Below, piece after piece: positions 51,524-63,320 of a stretch of DNA of 64,000 nt. The translations under genes were made by a program, and so were the position numbers. The stretch is from Carcharhinus amblyrhynchos (taxonomy: Eukaryota): positions 49,786,001 to 49,850,000 of the forward strand of contig OZ336873.1 of NCBI GenBank assembly GCA_965287045.1. The letters are read 5' to 3'. Below the pieces are notes generated by a model, which saw only the letters and a list, made by a program, of their open reading frames with translations, made no database searches and was not told where the DNA came from. Each line of letters opens with the position of its first letter. Positions within the stretch are counted from its first letter, which is position 1.

Positions 51524-52585
51524 CTGGAAGAAATAATCCAACAACTTCAGCTTTTCCAACTCTGGGCTGTTGTTCCGGAAACACACTTTGCCTTTCTCTT
51601 CCCCGCACTGTGTGAAGACGGATGGAAACTGTGCCAGGTGGAAGAGGTAGGTGTCAAGGTGCAGGCTGGCACCTGGGGGCAGAGAGATCTGCGGATCCCA
51701 CCACACGACAGGCCGTGCCAATCCCCCCCTGTACCTGGATGGCAGCAGGGGGGACTGCAGTCGCCGAGCCACCACCGGCTGACTGACATGAAGGCCCAGA
51801 ATCCTGTCCAGGTGGAAAGCAGCCACTTCCCGCAGCTCACCGAGATCTTTCACAACTCCACAAGCTCCTGCTCGGCACAGGTCTCTGCTGCCCTCTGCAG
51901 GAAGGGTACGGTTAATGCCCAGGACAACACGGGCCATCTGCTTCCCCCTGCTGAGATGGTCAACCTTCTGAACAAATCCTCCAGTGAGGAACTTTACCAG
52001 CTGCCAGTCTCTCTGACTGAACCAAGTGATGGGTTTGTTTGGAGGGGACCCCCCAAGTAAATCCAGCAAGTGGAACCTGCTAAATCGTGGGCATTGCAAG
52101 CTGGTTTTTGCTGATTTCTTTACTTCTTTCCTCTTCTTCACTTCTGATCTCATTGGGGAATCCACATTATTCTTCTTGGCAGATTTCTGAGTGGTGTCCT
52201 TATCCGTATCATCTTGTGGAGCACCCACTATTTCATTGTCCTCTCCCAACCACTTCGTACCATCTTTGTTTTTTGGCTTCCTGACTGACCTGGCTTTTTT
52301 GGACTTTTCATTTAGGTTTGACTCCAGTATCTGCACAGAATCCGAAACAGAAAACTCCTTCCATTTATATTTACTGTGTGGCTGGAATCCGCTCTGACGG
52401 ACACCCCTGCCCTTGACTCCATTTGCTCTTGTATAAGGCTGCACAGCTGGCGGAATGTGGGATGTCCTGTCCACTGCCGGTGAGTTGACACCCAGTGTTT
52501 GCACTGTGCAAAGCAGAAGATACACAGATCCAAGGAAGCTGGCACATAAAAACATCTTCTTCTTGTTCAGCCTCATACTTGTCAT
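51524..52585 (-). CDS. GASK1A-like: First coding exon (354 codons) of a GASK1A/FAM198A-like Golgi-associated kinase-family protein
   Basis: ORF 51359..52606 has an N-terminal hydrophobic anchor (FLCASFLGSVYLLLCTV) and FAM198-type motifs CGVVK, EVAAFHLDRILGL, RPVVWWDP, LLDYFFQ. First ATG at 52585. Donor CAG|GTAATT after 51524 (phase 0) falls at the position of the family FDFLLQ| intron (recalled, not aligned). Confidence 0.85.
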
Positions 52586-53029
52586 TCTTGAGAAAACCTC
52601 AGGCACAAAGAAAATGGGGAACTTTAAAATTCCAGTACAGTTTCAAGAACCCTTCAGGACTCATTTCAGTCCATCGCACTCTTTATTGGTTCAACGTAAC
52701 CCCTGGATCCAACATAGAGCATTGGATATTTGGGAATTCCTGAAAAGGCGGTGATGTATTGAAGGAGCTCAGATATTTTTATATATAGAATAATGAATGG
52801 TTGGGAGCTTCATACAGATGAAATGTCATCAAGGGGTTCAGAGGATGATGAAATCTATAAAGATAAAATTCACATGTTATATGATTCATGTTCCAAAAGT
52901 AGATTGCAGCCTTGATTTAACTGTGGGTAAATCTGTAACTATGGACAGAAATTCATATTTAGGCAAGAGTTTACTCTTTCATTAAAACATTTTACAGTAT
53001 TTTAAACCAGTGAGATTCATTCCATTTCT

Positions 53030-53500
53030 TACAGTATTTTGCATCAGTGTGGAATATACACTGTTTTATGGTATTTTATATCAGTGTGGTGTTTACACTG
53101 TTTTATGGTATTGTATATCGGTATGGAATACACACTGTTTCATTGTATATATCAGTATGGTATATACACTGTTTTATGGTATTTTACACCAGTATGATGT
53201 ATGGTATTGTATATCAGTGTGGTATATACACTGTTTTACAGTATTGTATATCAGTGTGGAGTATACACTATTTTATGGTATTTTATATCAATGTGGAGTA
53301 TACACTGTTTTATGGTATTGTATATCGGTGTGGAATACACACTGTTTTATGGTATTGTATATCAGTGTGGAGTATACACTATTTTATGGTATTTTATGTC
53401 AATGTGGAGTATACACTGTTTTATGGTATTTTATATCAATGTGGAGTATACGCTGTTTTATGGTATTGTAAACCACTGGCAATGTTTGCAACTGTTTTAT
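53030..53500. repeat. 37-bp AT-rich tandem repeat, ~12 copies
   Basis: tatatcagtgtggagtatacactgttttatggtatt(t/g); period 37 seen at 53292 and 53329. Confidence 0.9.
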
Positions 53501-54201
53501 AAAGGTCAGGACATAGTATGGCAGCACTGAAGAGGAGGAAAGAGTTAAGTGTTATGGAGCTGCAGCCCCCGGAGTGCAGGGCTGGTGGAGACCAGCGATG
53601 TCCGGGTCACTGGGGGCTGGTGGAGGTCAAAGATGTCGGGTTTGGGGGGGGGGAGGGCGTGGCTGCAGGTGGATAAGAGGCCAGTGATGTCTGTGCTGTC
53701 AGAATGGGGCGGTAAGAGACTGGCAATGAGACCAGCGATGTCCCTAGGTGGTGAGTGGTGTGAGCCCAGTGATTTCAATGCTGGGAGGATGTGTGTACGA
53801 TCTCCCAGAGATGGGCGCATGCGCAGTGTCCCGCTCAGTGCATTAATTCCAGCCCCTTCAGTGGGAATCGGCCCCATCCTCCATTTCTCAGAGTAATTCT
53901 CGCTCAGGCTCTCTGCAGTTCACAGACTGTCGGAGGTTCAAGGCGCAATTCTGCCACATACCACTTATCGACTCCCTGCCGGGCACCATAGCCTCACCCG
54001 ATGTCCGGGAACAGGATTTCCAACATCAACAGCTCTGTGCTGAGAATCAGCACAGAGCTGATTTCAATATTGTAATCACCATTTAAATCCCATTAGCAGG
54101 CCCGCTACATCCCCCCGTGCTAGGGGTGGTTTACTCCAGTGGGGTTTAAAACACCTCCCCTCTAATGGGTAACTGGCAGCTGACCCTCCTGGAGGAAACG
54201 G

Positions 54202-54462
54202 AGTAAGAAGTCTCACAACACCAGGTTAAAGTCCAGGAGGTTTATTTGGCAGCACTAGCTTTCGGAGCACTCACTGCTCCTTCCTCAGGTGAGTGAGGAC
54301 TTGTGTTCACAAACAGGGCATTTAAAGACACAAACTCAATTTACAAGATAACACTTGGAATGCCAGTCTTTACAGGTAATCAAGTCTTTAAGGTCCAGGC
54401 AATGTGAGTGGAGAGAGGGCCAAGCACAGGTTAAAGAGATGTGTATCATCTCCAGCCAGGAC
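54202..54462 (-). mobile_element. Penelope-like element (family A) terminal fragment
   Basis: agtaagaagtctcacaacaccaggttaaagtcc... shared with the 58524 and 63321 copies. Confidence 0.7.
54253..54291 (-). ncRNA. Minimal type I hammerhead ribozyme motif
   Basis: CAC CUGAGGA A GGAGCA GUGAG UGCUCC GAAA GC UA GUG: stem I CAC/GUG, perfect 6-bp stem II, palindromic AGCU in place of stem III, CUA cleavage triplet. Confidence 0.7.
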
Positions 54463-54505
54463 CCCAGGAGGGAACAGAGGCCATGGAGGTTGGTGGTAAG
54501 GGAGG

Positions 54506-54742
54506 TAAGATCAAGTGTAGTATTTTTTAAAGCGGCATCTCAGCCTTTTGGCTAAGACGCAAATGAGATCAAGCCTTGGAGGAGGAGCTATGCCTACTCC
54601 AATCAGATTGGGTCATGTAGATCAAGCCCAAGACAGGAGGTGAGAGCCCTGTCTTGTCAGCTTGGATCGGGAATGTTTCAAACTTGTTGAGACTCTGAAT
54701 TGGACTTGATTTGATTGAATTGGAATAAAAACAAAAAAAAAA
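54506..54742 (+). mobile_element. Short poly(A)-tailed retroposon with U2 snRNA-derived 5' region
   Basis: U2 nt 22-39 (18/18) at 54506-54523 and U2 nt 4-26 (21/23) at 54535-54557, compared with recalled human U2. Two hairpin modules, AATAAA at 54724, A-tail to 54742. Confidence 0.7.
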
Positions 54743-56296
54743 TTCCTGGGCAGTTCCAGCCTGGCCCCTGACACTGCCCAAGGGGCAAGGTGGCCTCAGA
54801 GATATCTTGGCACTGCCCGGTGGGCATCAGGCAGTGCCAAGGGGAGGGAAATGTTGGGACAGGGCCAGAGGGTCAGGACCTATAGGGGGCGATCAGTGGG
54901 GTAGGGGTTCCCACTGCCACTCTGCAGTCAGAATTAGTAGCAAAGAGAGGGAAGGGGCTGACCAGGGCTGGCCATCAGGGTGGGGTGGGGCAGGGGCAGG
55001 TCTGCCTGGGGGGTAGCGCGTTGTCAGAGACATCGGGGCTGGCATGGAAACATCTGGGAGGCCAGCAATCGGGGGCTGGAGGGATTAGAGGGGCAAATCT
55101 GTGGGGTCACGGGACTGACCAGTATTCGGGAGGCCAGCAGTGTGGGGCTACTACATATACGCTGATCTCAGTGCTGACAGATCAGTGTGTGCTCAGTGGC
55201 CCACTCAGCGCTATGCTGCTGGCTTCTCCAGGGGAATAGGTCCTGCCTACAGATTTTCAGCGTGAATCTCTCTGAGGCACTCAGTGATGCACAGAGTGTG
55301 GGAGATTCATTTTAAAAATCCTGCTGAAAAAAAATCAGTGGCAGTCACTCCTGTTTTCACACAAATTGGGTACTTAGAACTTTTTGGGAGAATCCCGCCA
55401 CTATCTTCTGTGGTAAATTGCTTTGATATATATGCTGTTTGCACAGTATGTGATATTGCTGTGATTATTATGCTGTTTAGTGGTTTTCATATGGGTGTAA
55501 TATATACACTGCTTTATGAGTCTCTTAACTGCTCATTGCAATGAAATGGGAAATATAATGATGCTGTACAAAAACTAATCAAGCAGAAACTGGCTGCAAT
55601 TTGCAATGCCAATTAATGTGTAGGCTGCCCATTCCTTTCTAACCACAATTGTCTCAATCCACTTGGTATCCGTAACGATAAAGCATCATTCCGATCCAGG
55701 GTGGGCTCCTTCATAGGTGTTCAAAATAAAAATTATCTCCTTCCAAAATAGCAAACAGCACTCATGAAACTGAAAGAACACAGAAGTCTCCTTGTGTTTA
55801 TCCAGACTGCTTCAGCCTCACTGCCTCATACTTAGGACAGGCTCTTCTCTCTCTAACCAAATGTTTCCCTGGGTGGGGCAATCTAGAACAAGAGGTCACA
55901 GCAATAGGTTGGGATGCGATATATTTAAAACTGAGATGAGGAGGAACTACTCACAGAGGGTGGTGAATTTGTGGAACTCGCTGCCCATAGCGTGGTGGAG
56001 TCTGAATCATTGGCTGGAATTTTACCATCCCACTCACCACGGGAATTGGAACGGGTGAGGGGTGGACCATGGAAAGTTCCATTGACCTCGGGCAGGAGTT
56101 TCCAGTTTCGGGGTGAGCAAAGCCGGAAAATCCCATCCACTCAATGGTTTCAAGAAGGATATGGATATATTTCTGGTTAAAAACAAAATGGGTTAAAGGG
56201 ATATGGGGAACAGGTAGGAGGTGGATTTGGGACCAGGAAAAGATTAGCCATGATCTGATTGAATGGCAAAGTTGCCTTGAAGGGCTGAATTGCCAC

Positions 56297-56545
56297 ACGG
56301 CACACTGGTTAGCACTGCTGCCTCACAGCACCAGGAACCTGAGTTCGATTCCCAGTTTGGGTCACTGTCTGTGTGGAGTTTGCACATTCTCCCCATGGTC
56401 TGCATGTGTTTCCTCCCACAGTCAAAAGACATGCTGGTTAGGTGCACTGACTCAAACAGGTGCCAGAGTGTGGCGACTAGGAGATTTTCACAGTAACTTC
56501 ATTGCAGTGTTAATGTAAGCCTACTTGTGACTAATAAGTCAACTT
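56297..56545 (+). mobile_element. V-SINE (tail B) inserted in a CR1 3' fragment (~55860-56570)
   Basis: SRTRGHS..QRVVNLWNSLP precedes it; CR1 tail resumes after it. Confidence 0.7.
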
Positions 56546-58523
56546 TTCTGCTCCTAATTCTTATGTTCCTCTGTTTCATCTCACAATTACTCTGAGTAAA
56601 ACCAATGGCAGGTGTGTAAGAAATCATCCAAAGTCCCTTTGGACTGTCTGTTCAATAGTTCGAAGCTAACTTTACATTTGTAACAGTCACTTTGTATAAG
56701 CTTAAGTGAGACTTGCTGCACTGTGTGGGCTTCAGAAAGCTTGCACAGAGACAAGGAGCCGAATGGCCTTCTCTGCTGTAAATTAGCCTCCCCGACAATC
56801 TCAGTAGGGCCGGTGAATACATTTCCTCTCACACCAAACATTGAAAACCAAACTGAGAGGGAGCTAGATCTCACCTGTGAAAAGATGAGTTACGTCGTCT
56901 TCAGGCTTATGAATTGAGAGCTCCATGTTCTTTCTGACACAGTGAGTTACACTCAGTCTGTTGACAGTAATGAGCTCTGGCTGTCATCTCCTGAGAGCTG
57001 AGCTTGAAGTGTTCAGTAGTCAACCGTGGGCAATCTTGTTCCTACCTTGTATCGTTCCATTGCATCTGACAGCGCAGTGCGTGAAAACTGCAACTGAAAC
57101 AGTTCGCAGGATAACGGGGGGAGGGGCTCACTTTCTTTTTTATACACTTGAACCCCGTCCAAATGCAAGGATTCATTAGAAGTAACGCAACGTGTTCGAA
57201 CTTGAGACAATAATGGAGAAACACTGGGAGGAATTAACAGTTCGTTAGATATTCCAAGGGTGCATTCGATTAAGAATGTTAAAAAGCAGCGCCACATCTT
57301 TTGAGAGAAAAGTGAAATTATTTATTGAGTCTGTAACCATTGATGACATGCTTCAGAGACTTGTGGAAAATGCAAGGGAAAAAAGATAGTATTATTGGAT
57401 ATCAACTCCGTGAATATTAACTGCGATCAGGTACAAACTCACTCAGGGGAACACAGCAGCCAATATGCAGCAAACCCAATAAGTGAAGAGGCAGCTCTGG
57501 ACTTGGTTTTGAACCCGGACAGGTAGGAGTTTTATCACTGAGAAAGTGTTTTAGTGGCCGGGATCACCAATTCAGTTAGATTTAGCGTTGTTGTGGAAAA
57601 ACATAAAGATAGACTTAAGGGTAAAGATTTTAAACGGAGGTTAGACTCATTTTACTAAACTAGGATGTAGTTTTGACATAAAGTGGACTGGAAGCAGCGA
57701 TTGGGAAGTAAATGTGAGTCAGTGCAGTGGGAGGAACTAAAGAGGGTTCGGAACAAGTAAGTTCCCATAAAGGGAAAAGGGTGGTACTACCACAAAGTGA
57801 CGCCCTCCTGGGTGTCAACATACGGATTAGATAAGGCAAAAACAAAGCTCTTGTCAAATATCTACTGTTCAATTCAACAGAAAGCCCAGAGGAGTGTAGA
57901 AAATGCTGGGGTGAAATTGTAAAGGAAATTAGGAAAGCAAAGAGAGAGATTAAAATAAAACTGACAGGTTAAAATCAAGGGAAACCAAACGACATCTTAT
58001 AAATACGTAAAGAACAAGAGAAAAAGCAGGGCCAATTGGAGACCAAACAGGTAATTTGTGTGGAGGTGTGAAAGGCATGGCATGCTTCTTAATAAATACT
58101 TTGCATCTTTTTTTTACAAAAGAGAGGTATGGAGACATTGGGAGGGGAGGGTTCTCTGGTCTCCCTACAGTGTGTTTCTTGTAGCGAGGGGTTGGCACAC
58201 CGTTGGCTGGCAGCAGGATCTTCTGGTCCCACTGCTGTCAATGGGATTCCCCAATGTATCCATCCCCGGCTGTGGGGAAACCTGCGGTGGGGATATGCCG
58301 TAAAAGTGGGACTAGAAGATTCCGCTGACATAAACAGCCAGAGAATTCCGGCCGATGTAATGCAGCAGAAGCTTGAAATATTGAAAGGGGAATATTATTA
58401 CACTTGAAAGCGGCTAAATCAGTACGCCCAATTGAAATGTATTCCAACCAGCTATTGAAAGTAAGGGAAGAACTAGCAAAGATACAGACCACCTTTTCCC
58501 AATTCTCTGACTACAGGCATGGT

Positions 58524-58811
58524 AGTCATGATGTGGAGATGCCGGCGTTGGACTGGGGTAAACACAGTAAGAAGTCTCACAACATCAGGTTAAAGTCTAA
58601 CAGGTTTATTTTGTAGCAAAATCCACTAGCTTTCAGAGCACTGCTTCTTCGTCAGGTGAGTGGGAGTTCTGTTCACAAACAGGACATATAAAGGCACAAC
58701 TCAATTTACAAATTGTAAATTGTAGCAAAGGAGTAGCCAGCGCTCTGAAAGCTAGTGGCTTTTGCGACCAAATAAACCTGTTGGACTGTAGCCTGGTGTT
58801 GTGAGACTTCT
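58524..58811 (-). mobile_element. Penelope-like family A element with inverted partial terminal repeat, hammerhead motif (58624-58658) and 12-bp TSD
   Basis: tacagg(c/t)atggt at 58512-58523 and 58812-58823; CAC CUGACGA AGAAGC AGU GCUCU GAAA GC UA GUG on minus. Confidence 0.75.
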
Positions 58812-58885
58812 TACAGGTATGGTGCCAGAGGACTGCAGGAAAATTGGATCAGCCATTAAAAAGAAAGGAAGGGATAGTCTGAGTA

Positions 58886-58951
58886 TTAAAAGCAAATTAC
58901 TGCGAATACTGGAATCTGAAACCAAGAGGCATTTTCCAGCATTTTCTCTTT
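58886..58951. mobile_element. 66-bp Penelope-like family B remnant with 11-bp TSD
   Basis: tagtctgagta at 58875-58885 and 58952-58962. Confidence 0.6.
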
Positions 58952-59180
58952 TAGTCTGAGTAATTACAGGCCAGTCCTCCCAACCTTAGCGGTGGACAAA
59001 TTATTGGAAACCATTCTGAAAGACTGCGTATATCACTGAGAGAGGCACAGATTAATCAAGTACAAATTTATGAAGGAATGGTCATGTCTGAATAATGATT
59101 GGGATTATTGAGGAGGTAACAAGGAGGGTCAATGAGGAGAGTGTGTTTGATATAAAATGCATGGATTTTAGCAAGGTTTT

Positions 59181-60303
59181 TAGAACATAGAACAGTACAG
59201 CACTGTACAGGCCCTTCAGCCCTCAATGTTGTGCCAAGCTATGTCGGAACCCAAGATCAAGCTATCCCACTCCCTATCATTCTGCTATGTTCCATGTGCC
59301 TATCCAATAACCACTTGAAAGATCCTACAGTGTCCCACTCCATTATCACAGCAGGCAGTGCATTCCACACCCCAACCACACTCAGAGTAAAGAATCTACC
59401 TTGGACATCCCTCCTATATCTCCCACCATGAACCTTATAGTTATGCCCCCTAGTAACAGCTACATCCACCTGAGGAAATAGTCTCTGCACATGCGCTCTA
59501 TCTATTCCCCTCATCATCTGTAAACTTTTATTAAGTCGCCTCTCATCCTCCTCCGCTCCAATGAGAAAAGCCCCAGCTCCCTCAACCTTTCCTCACAAGA
59601 CCGACACTCCAAACCAGGCAGCATCCTCGTAAATCTCCTCTGTACTCTCTCCAATGCTTCCACATCCTTCTTATAGCGAGGTGACCAGAACTGAACACGA
59701 TATTCCAAATGTGGTCTCACCAAGATCCTGTATAGTTGCAGCATATCCCCACGGCTCTTAAACTCAAATCCCCTGTTAATAAACGCTAACACACTATAAG
59801 CCTTCTTCATGGCTCTATCCACTTGAGTGGCAGCCTTCAGAGATCTGTGTATATAAACCCCAAGATCTCTCTGTTCCTCCACATTCCTCAGAACCCTGCC
59901 ATTGACCCTGCAATCCACATTCAAGTTTGTCCTACCAAAATGAATCACCTCGCACTTATCAGGGTTAAACTCCATCTGCCACTTTTCGGCCCAGCTCTGA
60001 ATCCTATCAATATCTCTTTGCAGCCTACAAGAGCCTTCCACCTCATCCACTACTCCACCAGTCTTGGTGTCATCAGCAAATTTACTAACCCACCCTTCAG
60101 CCCTCTCTTCCAAGTCATTGATAAAAATCACAAATCCCCGTGGTACACCGCTGGTACCTGGCCTGCAGTCTGAAAATTTTCCCTCCACCACCACTCTCTG
60201 GTTTCTATGAGACAGCCAGTTACTTATCCAATCGGCCAAATTTCCTTCTATCCCACACCTCCTTACTTTCTTCATGAGCCTACCATGGGGAACCCTATCA
60301 AAT
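59181..60303 (-). mobile_element. 5'-truncated CR1 LINE (RT region, one frameshift near 59515)
   Basis: ORFs 59514..60275 (SGVP, FINDL, SKFADDTK) and 59257..59517; (agaacat)n tail. Confidence 0.9.
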
Positions 60304-60654
60304 GGTAAGGTTGATAGGGTTCAACATGGCAGACTGGTCAAGTAGGTAAAAGCTCAGAAAGTCCAAGGGAAGGTGGCAAGGTGGATCCAAACTTGATTCA
60401 GTGGCAGGAAGTAAAGGGTATATTTGTACTTCCAGTGGGGTTCTGCAGGGTCCTGACTCCAAGACTTTAGTGGTTTATAGCAATGATTTAGTCTTCAGTA
60501 TAGGGGGCATGATGAAGATGTTTTCAAATAGTACAAAAGCTGACTGTGTGTCTGACATTGAGGAAGAAAGGTATCAACTGCAGGAAGCTATCAAGGGACT
60601 GTTCAAGGCGAACATTGGTAGCAAATAGAATTCAATCCAGAGAAGTGTGGGGTA

Positions 60655-61017
60655 ATCATAGAATCCTTACATTCCTGATGGAGACCATTCTGCCTATCAA
60701 GTCTGCACTGATTCTCCAACAGAATATCTTACCCAGCACCCCTTCCCCCCATATCCCCATGACACTGTGCTATGACCATGACCATGGCTAATTCCCCCTA
60801 ATCTACATATTTTGAGACAGTAAGAGACAATTTAGCTTGGCCAATCCATCTAACCTGAACATTTTTGTACTGTGGAAGGAAACTGGAGCATCTGGAGGGA
60901 ACCTATGCAGACTCTGGGAGAACATGCAAACTCCACACAGACAGTGACCCAAGGCTGGAATTGGACAGGGGTCCCTGTAAGAAAGCAGTGCTAACCACTG
61001 TGCCACCATGCTGCCCT
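60655..61017 (-). mobile_element. V-SINE, tail type A
   Basis: Reverse copy. Confidence 0.72.
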
Positions 61018-61153
61018 ATTCATTTGGGGAAGACAAAGGGGGCAAGGGGATAAATGGTAGGATTGTGAAAAATGTTAGACTGCAGCTAGTGTAGTGTGTA
61101 GCGTTCTGGTCATCTCACTGCAGGAAGAATGTTTTCACACTGGAGAAGATATT

Positions 61154-62091
61154 GGGCAGAATTCTCCCAAAACATTTCTATGTATCAAAAGATGAGAATA
61201 CTGGAGTAACCACACTGGTCTCTCAGATGCTCTTCACTGCAATCCTCCCAAGCACAATCCCTTTTTTGGATGGTTGGGAGTTTTGTGCCGGTCGTTGGGG
61301 AGGTAATGGGGAGGGAAGGGGAGGACAAAGCCTAAACAGGCCGATGAGCTCAGCTTCAGAGCGCTCAGGCGCCATTTCACAATAACGCCCCAATCACACA
61401 GTGTACTGGGATCCCGTCCCTCCTCCCACAGACATCAGGACACCCCCCTCATCAACAGCATGTTCCCCCATCTCCTCCATGACACAGGTCGCCACATCGT
61501 GGCATCAGAGCCATCCCAATGGATCCCCTTGTCCAATATGCCCCCCATCAGGAACCCCGGCTTTCCCCCTTCAAGACCACCTTCATGATCCACCTCTGTA
61601 AAACTGCCCCTCATCCTCATCAGACCTCCCCTACATAGACCTCTCTTCATGCCCCATCTTAGGCCCAGCCCCTCGGCACTGTCCCTAATACACTGGCAGT
61701 ACCCAACTGACACCATCAGGCTGTCCAGTGGCCATTGCCATGCCTAGGTGGGCATTGCCCAAAGGACACTGCCCCTCCATGATCCCTACTGCCCAGGGGC
61801 TTCACTGGCCAGCATGACCATTGGACCAGGTCTCCATTAGTGGAGATCAGTAGTGATTCTCATCTTTACCCTGCGCCCAACGGCCGGCAAGTTCCGTGTG
61901 CTAGGATATGAACGGGCTCTGCATATTTAAACACTATTTTAAATATGCTAATCAAACCCATGCCCTTAGGAAGGGGCCAGGAGACTTGGAAGCTGTTTGC
62001 CACCGGGTGCAAAACAGATTTTTAGATCCACACACTATTCTCCAGGACGACACAATCTACTAATGGCGCAATGAGGTCAGAAAACCGTCCC
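61154..62091. mobile_element. Non-autonomous Harbinger-like element, opposite orientation to the other copies
   Basis: Left gggcagaattctcccaaaa, right gaaaaccgtccc; C-rich interior. Confidence 0.6.
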
Positions 62092-62484
62092 TGTACAGCA
62101 GAATGGGAAAGGTGAATTTTAGCCATGGATGGTCTGGGATTGTTTCCTCTGGAATAAGGGGATGGGGGTAGATTGAATTGGGATGAATAAACTTATGAGG
62201 GGGTCACACAGAGTGGATATTTCCCTTTGCAGACAGGTCCAGAACCAGGGGGGATGGTTCTCAAATGGACACATTCGCAGGAAGCTGAGGACTTTTGTCA
62301 CCCAGCAGTTGGTGGGAGGTTTGGAGCTCACTGTCTGAAGGGATGTAAAGCCAGAAATCCTCAGCACATTTTAAAAAGCTAACGATACACCAAATGTGCC
62401 ATAACTTACAGATTTACAGGAGCTGGAAGGTGAGGTTACACTCTCTAACTCTTTTGAAATGGACATGAACATAATGGGTCATAG

Positions 62485-62819
62485 AATTATAGAATCCCTA
62501 CAGTGCAGAAAGAAGCCATTTGGCCCATCGAGACGGCACCGACAACAATCCCACCCAGGCTCTATCTCCCTTAACCCACATATTTACTCTGCAAATCTCC
62601 CTGACATTAAGGGGCATTTTAGCATGGCCAATCCACCTAACCCACATCTTTGAACTGTGGGAGGAAACCGGAGCACCCAGAGGAAACGCACACAGACACG
62701 GGGAGAACATGCAGACTCCGCACAGACTCTGCACAGACTGTGACCTGAGGCTGTAATCGAACCCAGATCCCTGGTGCTGTGAGACTGCAGTACCAACAAT
62801 CATGCCACCGTGCTGCCCA
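62485..62819 (-). mobile_element. V-SINE, tail type A
   Basis: Full reverse copy. Confidence 0.8.
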
Positions 62820-63320
62820 GTCAAATGGGCTCTTTCTGTGTTTCTGTTATAAACCTCCCTTCCTGATCAGTGACCTGTAGGAGTGGATTATCTGTCCTTC
62901 AGAGAACCTCAGGGGTTCCAGAGGTCATGCTTGCACCTGCAATCCAAAACACCAGCTGTGACCTCAGGAGGCCAGTGCCAGTGTGAAAGATAAATGAGGC
63001 ACCAAGTCTCTCTCTGCAAAGTATCTGCCTATCAGTGGCGAGAAGGGAGGTCCAGACATTCCTCACGCTGGTGGATGAGCTGCCTGAAATCCCTGTGGAT
63101 CCCTCTCAGGGCACTCCAGAGGAGGCCACTAGCCCCTCTGCCCCTCTTCCAATGTTCACAGAATCTGACAATGCCATGACGACTCAGGAATGTGCAGCCA
63201 TGGGGCTGGGCGCACCCTCCCAGACAGAGACTACTTCGGTTCCGGGGGCTAGAGAACGATTGGTGAGGTCACCAAGGTCAATGAGACAGCAGGGTCAGCG
63301 GGCTGCCTCCAGTGGCACTG

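Larger units (their letters stand above)
53893..55399. mobile_element. Non-autonomous Harbinger-like element hosting a Penelope-like fragment and the U2-derived retroposon
   Basis: Terminal tttttgggagaatcccgcc; shared GC-rich internal blocks. Confidence 0.55.
57480..62480 (+). mobile_element. Old, heavily nested CR1 LINE scaffold
   Basis: Decayed APE/RT pieces (YRPVL, MDFSKV, IQSREV) resume between nested insertions. Confidence 0.6.

Noticed and set aside
51431-52060. 209-aa plus-strand ORF
   Set aside because: Antisense shadow of the GC-rich GASK1-like exon with no independent features.
53010-53530. Tyr/Cys-rich hydrophobic ORFs in three frames
   Set aside because: Product of the 37-bp repeat.
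54506-54557. Functional U2 snRNA gene
   Set aside because: Only short, out-of-order fragments; no Sm site or 3' stem-loops.
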